A DNA stretch of 7,753 bases from Octopus sinensis (Eukaryota). Of this stretch, positions 6,661 through 7,753 are shown piece by piece. Both the position numbers and the translations under genes were made by a program. The notes below the pieces were generated by a model, which was not told the DNA's origin, ran no database searches, and saw nothing but the letters and a program-made list of their open reading frames with translations. Numbering within the stretch: position 1 is the first letter of the stretch; every line of letters starts with the position of its first letter. The stretch spans positions 1 to 7,753 of the forward strand of contig NW_021828780.1 in assembly GCF_006345805.1 (NCBI RefSeq), in the 5' to 3' direction.

Positions 6661-6977
6661 TATGAGTGTATTTTTACCTTGTTAACAATTAACACGGAAA
6701 AAAAAATAAATAGTTACCAGGGTAGCAAAAATCTCACAAGTAAAGATGCTGTAACTCCTTGTTTATAAAAGTAGAAACTTCGTGTTTACGTGGAATATTT
6801 TGAATAATATACACCTGCGTTAAACTCCATTTATTTATTCATATATATATATAGTTGTGCCTCACTTGTACGTATATATACATGTTTATATGTGTGCTTG
6901 CCTTATACATACACATATCTGCATGCATGTGAATCTGATTGTATATGCGTATATACTAGCATTCAATTTTAGCTGAC
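6292..6977. repeat. Inverted repeat B: 6292-~6428 versus 6841-6977
   Basis: The reverse complement matches with 3 transitions plus a length difference in the terminal (TA)n run. Confidence 0.95.
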
Positions 6978-7212
6978 GTGAAATTTTCTAAAATTGTGAC
7001 GATTGCTAAAACGCCTTCAGTTTACACGTTCAAAATCTCTCTATTAAATCCACTTATTTAATACAATGCGAACCTTCCTCCTGGCGACAATTTTATTTTT
7101 AAAACCCATTCCTCTAGCTTTCGTGAAGCTATTCTTTAAATCAACAGCGTTGATGTTTATTGAATTGCTTGCTGACCTCAGGATGTTCGTGATTACCATC
7201 AAGAAAGGAAAT
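6435..7212. repeat. Inverted repeat C: 6435-6502 versus 7145-7212
   Basis: 68-bp reverse-complement match with one transition. Confidence 0.95.
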
Positions 7213-7587
7213 TGCGTGATTCTCCTCAATGAATCAAATAAATATACACCACTTGTATAACACGCCGTAGTATCGCTGCCATTAATGCTGTCGGTGTTGT
7301 TTTAACGTTGATTATTGACGTAAGTCGATGGTGTTGATATTATCGTCTGCTTCGTTCAGCTATCGTCTGTTTTGGCTTCACAGAAAATAATGAATGACCC
7401 ATGTTTGAACTTCACTTTCTTGTCCTTTCTATGTTATTATTCATTTAATGTTTAGGTCTTCTTTTCAAATATACCTAATCGCTATCCATAGAGCGAAAGT
7501 CTGGAGTTCTTCGATTCTTCGTGATCATTATCGCTGTAGTGTTTTCTTTGCGTGTGTGTGTGTGTCTGAGTGACTGTGTCTGTGTTG
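6507..7587. repeat. Inverted repeat D: 6507-6532 versus 7562-7587
   Basis: caacacagacacagccactcagacac versus gtgtctgagtgactgtgtctgtgttg: 25 of 26 reverse-complement match. Confidence 0.85.
6628..6662. repeat. (TA)n microsatellite
   Basis: Read directly. Confidence 0.9.
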
Positions 7588-7605
7588 CCACAGTTAAAAG
7601 TAATT

Positions 7606-7753
7606 ATCTCTTCTCTACTTTCCGTTTATTGTCTTTTCTTCTCTCCTTTTCTTTCACTCATTCTCACATTCTCTATTTATCACTCTCTCTTTTGCCCTTT
7701 CGTTGTCTTCTCTCTTTCTTTTCTATATTTTCTTTTATCTCTTTCCATCTAAT
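7606..7753. repeat. CT-rich low-complexity (polypyrimidine) tract running off the right edge
   Basis: Strong C/T bias on the + strand. Confidence 0.75.

Noticed and set aside
6663-6840. AT-rich block between (TA)n runs as a further repeat fragment
   Set aside because: Possibly a dispersed repeat, but no terminal, ribozyme or coding hallmark is visible within the window.
6297-7260. ORFs 6297-6524 (-) and 7066-7260 (+) sharing the peptide ALMF.ELLADLRMFVITIKKGN, and ORF 7044-7229 (-)
   Set aside because: The shared peptide is a by-product of inverted repeat C; none of these short ORFs shows a recognisable domain or convincing splice context.

Overview
Repeat-dense eukaryotic non-coding DNA, most likely from a cephalopod such as Octopus (inferred from the recalled appearance of the SINEs and the microsatellite load). 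No host gene, prokaryotic gene or CRISPR array is supported. Left to right: (1) a 5'-truncated L1/Tx1-clade LINE whose reverse-transcriptase frame (minus strand, 855 to 1, 285 codons, no stops) is missing from the supplied ORF track; (2) trinucleotide microsatellites; (3) a tRNA-derived SINE with its body amplified into five tandem ~184-bp units, followed directly by a second, older copy; (4) (TA)n and (GAAA)n tracts; (5) a 395-bp non-autonomous Helitron with both termini, a CORE-like tRNA SINE and a pogo/Tigger remnant packed end to end; (6) a long (TA)n field; (7) a probable Penelope-like pseudo-LTR carrying a minimal type I hammerhead ribozyme on the minus strand. Abutting it is a 342-bp patchwork (6292-6633) of four inverted copies of nearby sequence, which looks like serial template switching at a retroelement 5' junction. 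The ribozyme plus this mosaic is the most interesting part of the window.
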